DNA of 63,926 nucleotides, counting the filler, from Octopus bimaculoides (Eukaryota): assembly GCF_001194135.2 (NCBI RefSeq). It is 7 parts of 6 records of this genome, joined end to end, with 100 filler letters (N's around TTAATTAATTAA, not from the genome) between each part and the next. Parts side by side here need not be neighbours in the genome. Positions count along the whole stretch, not along the records: positions 62,536 to 63,926 come from NW_026393168.1; 6 more parts are not named here. One strand, 5' to 3'. Both the position numbers and the translations under genes were made by a program. The notes beneath the pieces are model-generated. The model saw only the letters and a program-made list of their open reading frames with translations, was not told where the DNA came from and did no database searches. Shown here piece by piece: positions 63,655 through 63,926 of the stretch (positions within the stretch are counted from its first letter, which is position 1; the number at the start of each line of letters is the position of its first letter).

Positions 63655-63815
63655 TTCACTTGAACAAAACTGTACAAATCCAAATATATGGTACCCTAGG
63701 CATAACACCTACATGAACTTCTAACTTGTTGTCTCTTGAGGTCTCTGGGTGAGACTTGGATCCAACTTGTACAAATGCAAAACAAAAGTCAAACATAAAA
63801 TAATAATAATAATAA
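63655..63815 (+). mobile_element. Probable 3' UTR of a (TAA)n-tailed non-LTR element
   Basis: Unique ~150 nt ending caaacataaaataataataat, the same architecture as the R4-like ends. Confidence 0.4.
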
Positions 63816-63881
63816 TATAGAAAGGATTGAGGTAACTCCTCCTGAAGATATAGAGTCAAAATTCTAATAATAATAAAATTC

Positions 63882-63926
<45 letters not shown>

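Overview
AT-rich, gap-ridden eukaryotic DNA full of microsatellites and SINEs, most likely an octopus (coleoid cephalopod) draft assembly. The organism is inferred from the SINE and repeat make-up, not from a database match. Nearly every entry in the ORF track is a low-complexity or gap-spanning artefact. Reading splice signals by hand shows one protein-coding gene on the minus strand that the ORF track misses. It has 14 short GT-AG exons (40-116 nt) from 63118 down to 20730, chaining in one open frame (934 nt, 311 codons), plus a possible 15th exon at 9715-9836. I do not recognise the protein, and its 5' end lies outside the window. Six artificial N44-TTAATTAATTAA-N44 linkers all fall in its introns, and every block between linkers carries at least one predicted exon, which supports the model. 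The rest of the window is transposon debris: several tRNA-derived SINE families; R4/Dong-like, RTE, CR1/L2-like and Penelope-like retroelement fragments, some with hammerhead-ribozyme motifs; and Mutator, maT/Tc1, hAT and Helitron remnants. Two oddities stand out: a ~585-bp TIR element family with 8-bp TSDs that carries TTAGGG telomeric repeats, and a head-to-head palindrome of two tRNA-like heads inside (TTA)n/(TAA)n. Exon coordinates were counted base by base; repeat boundaries are approximate.
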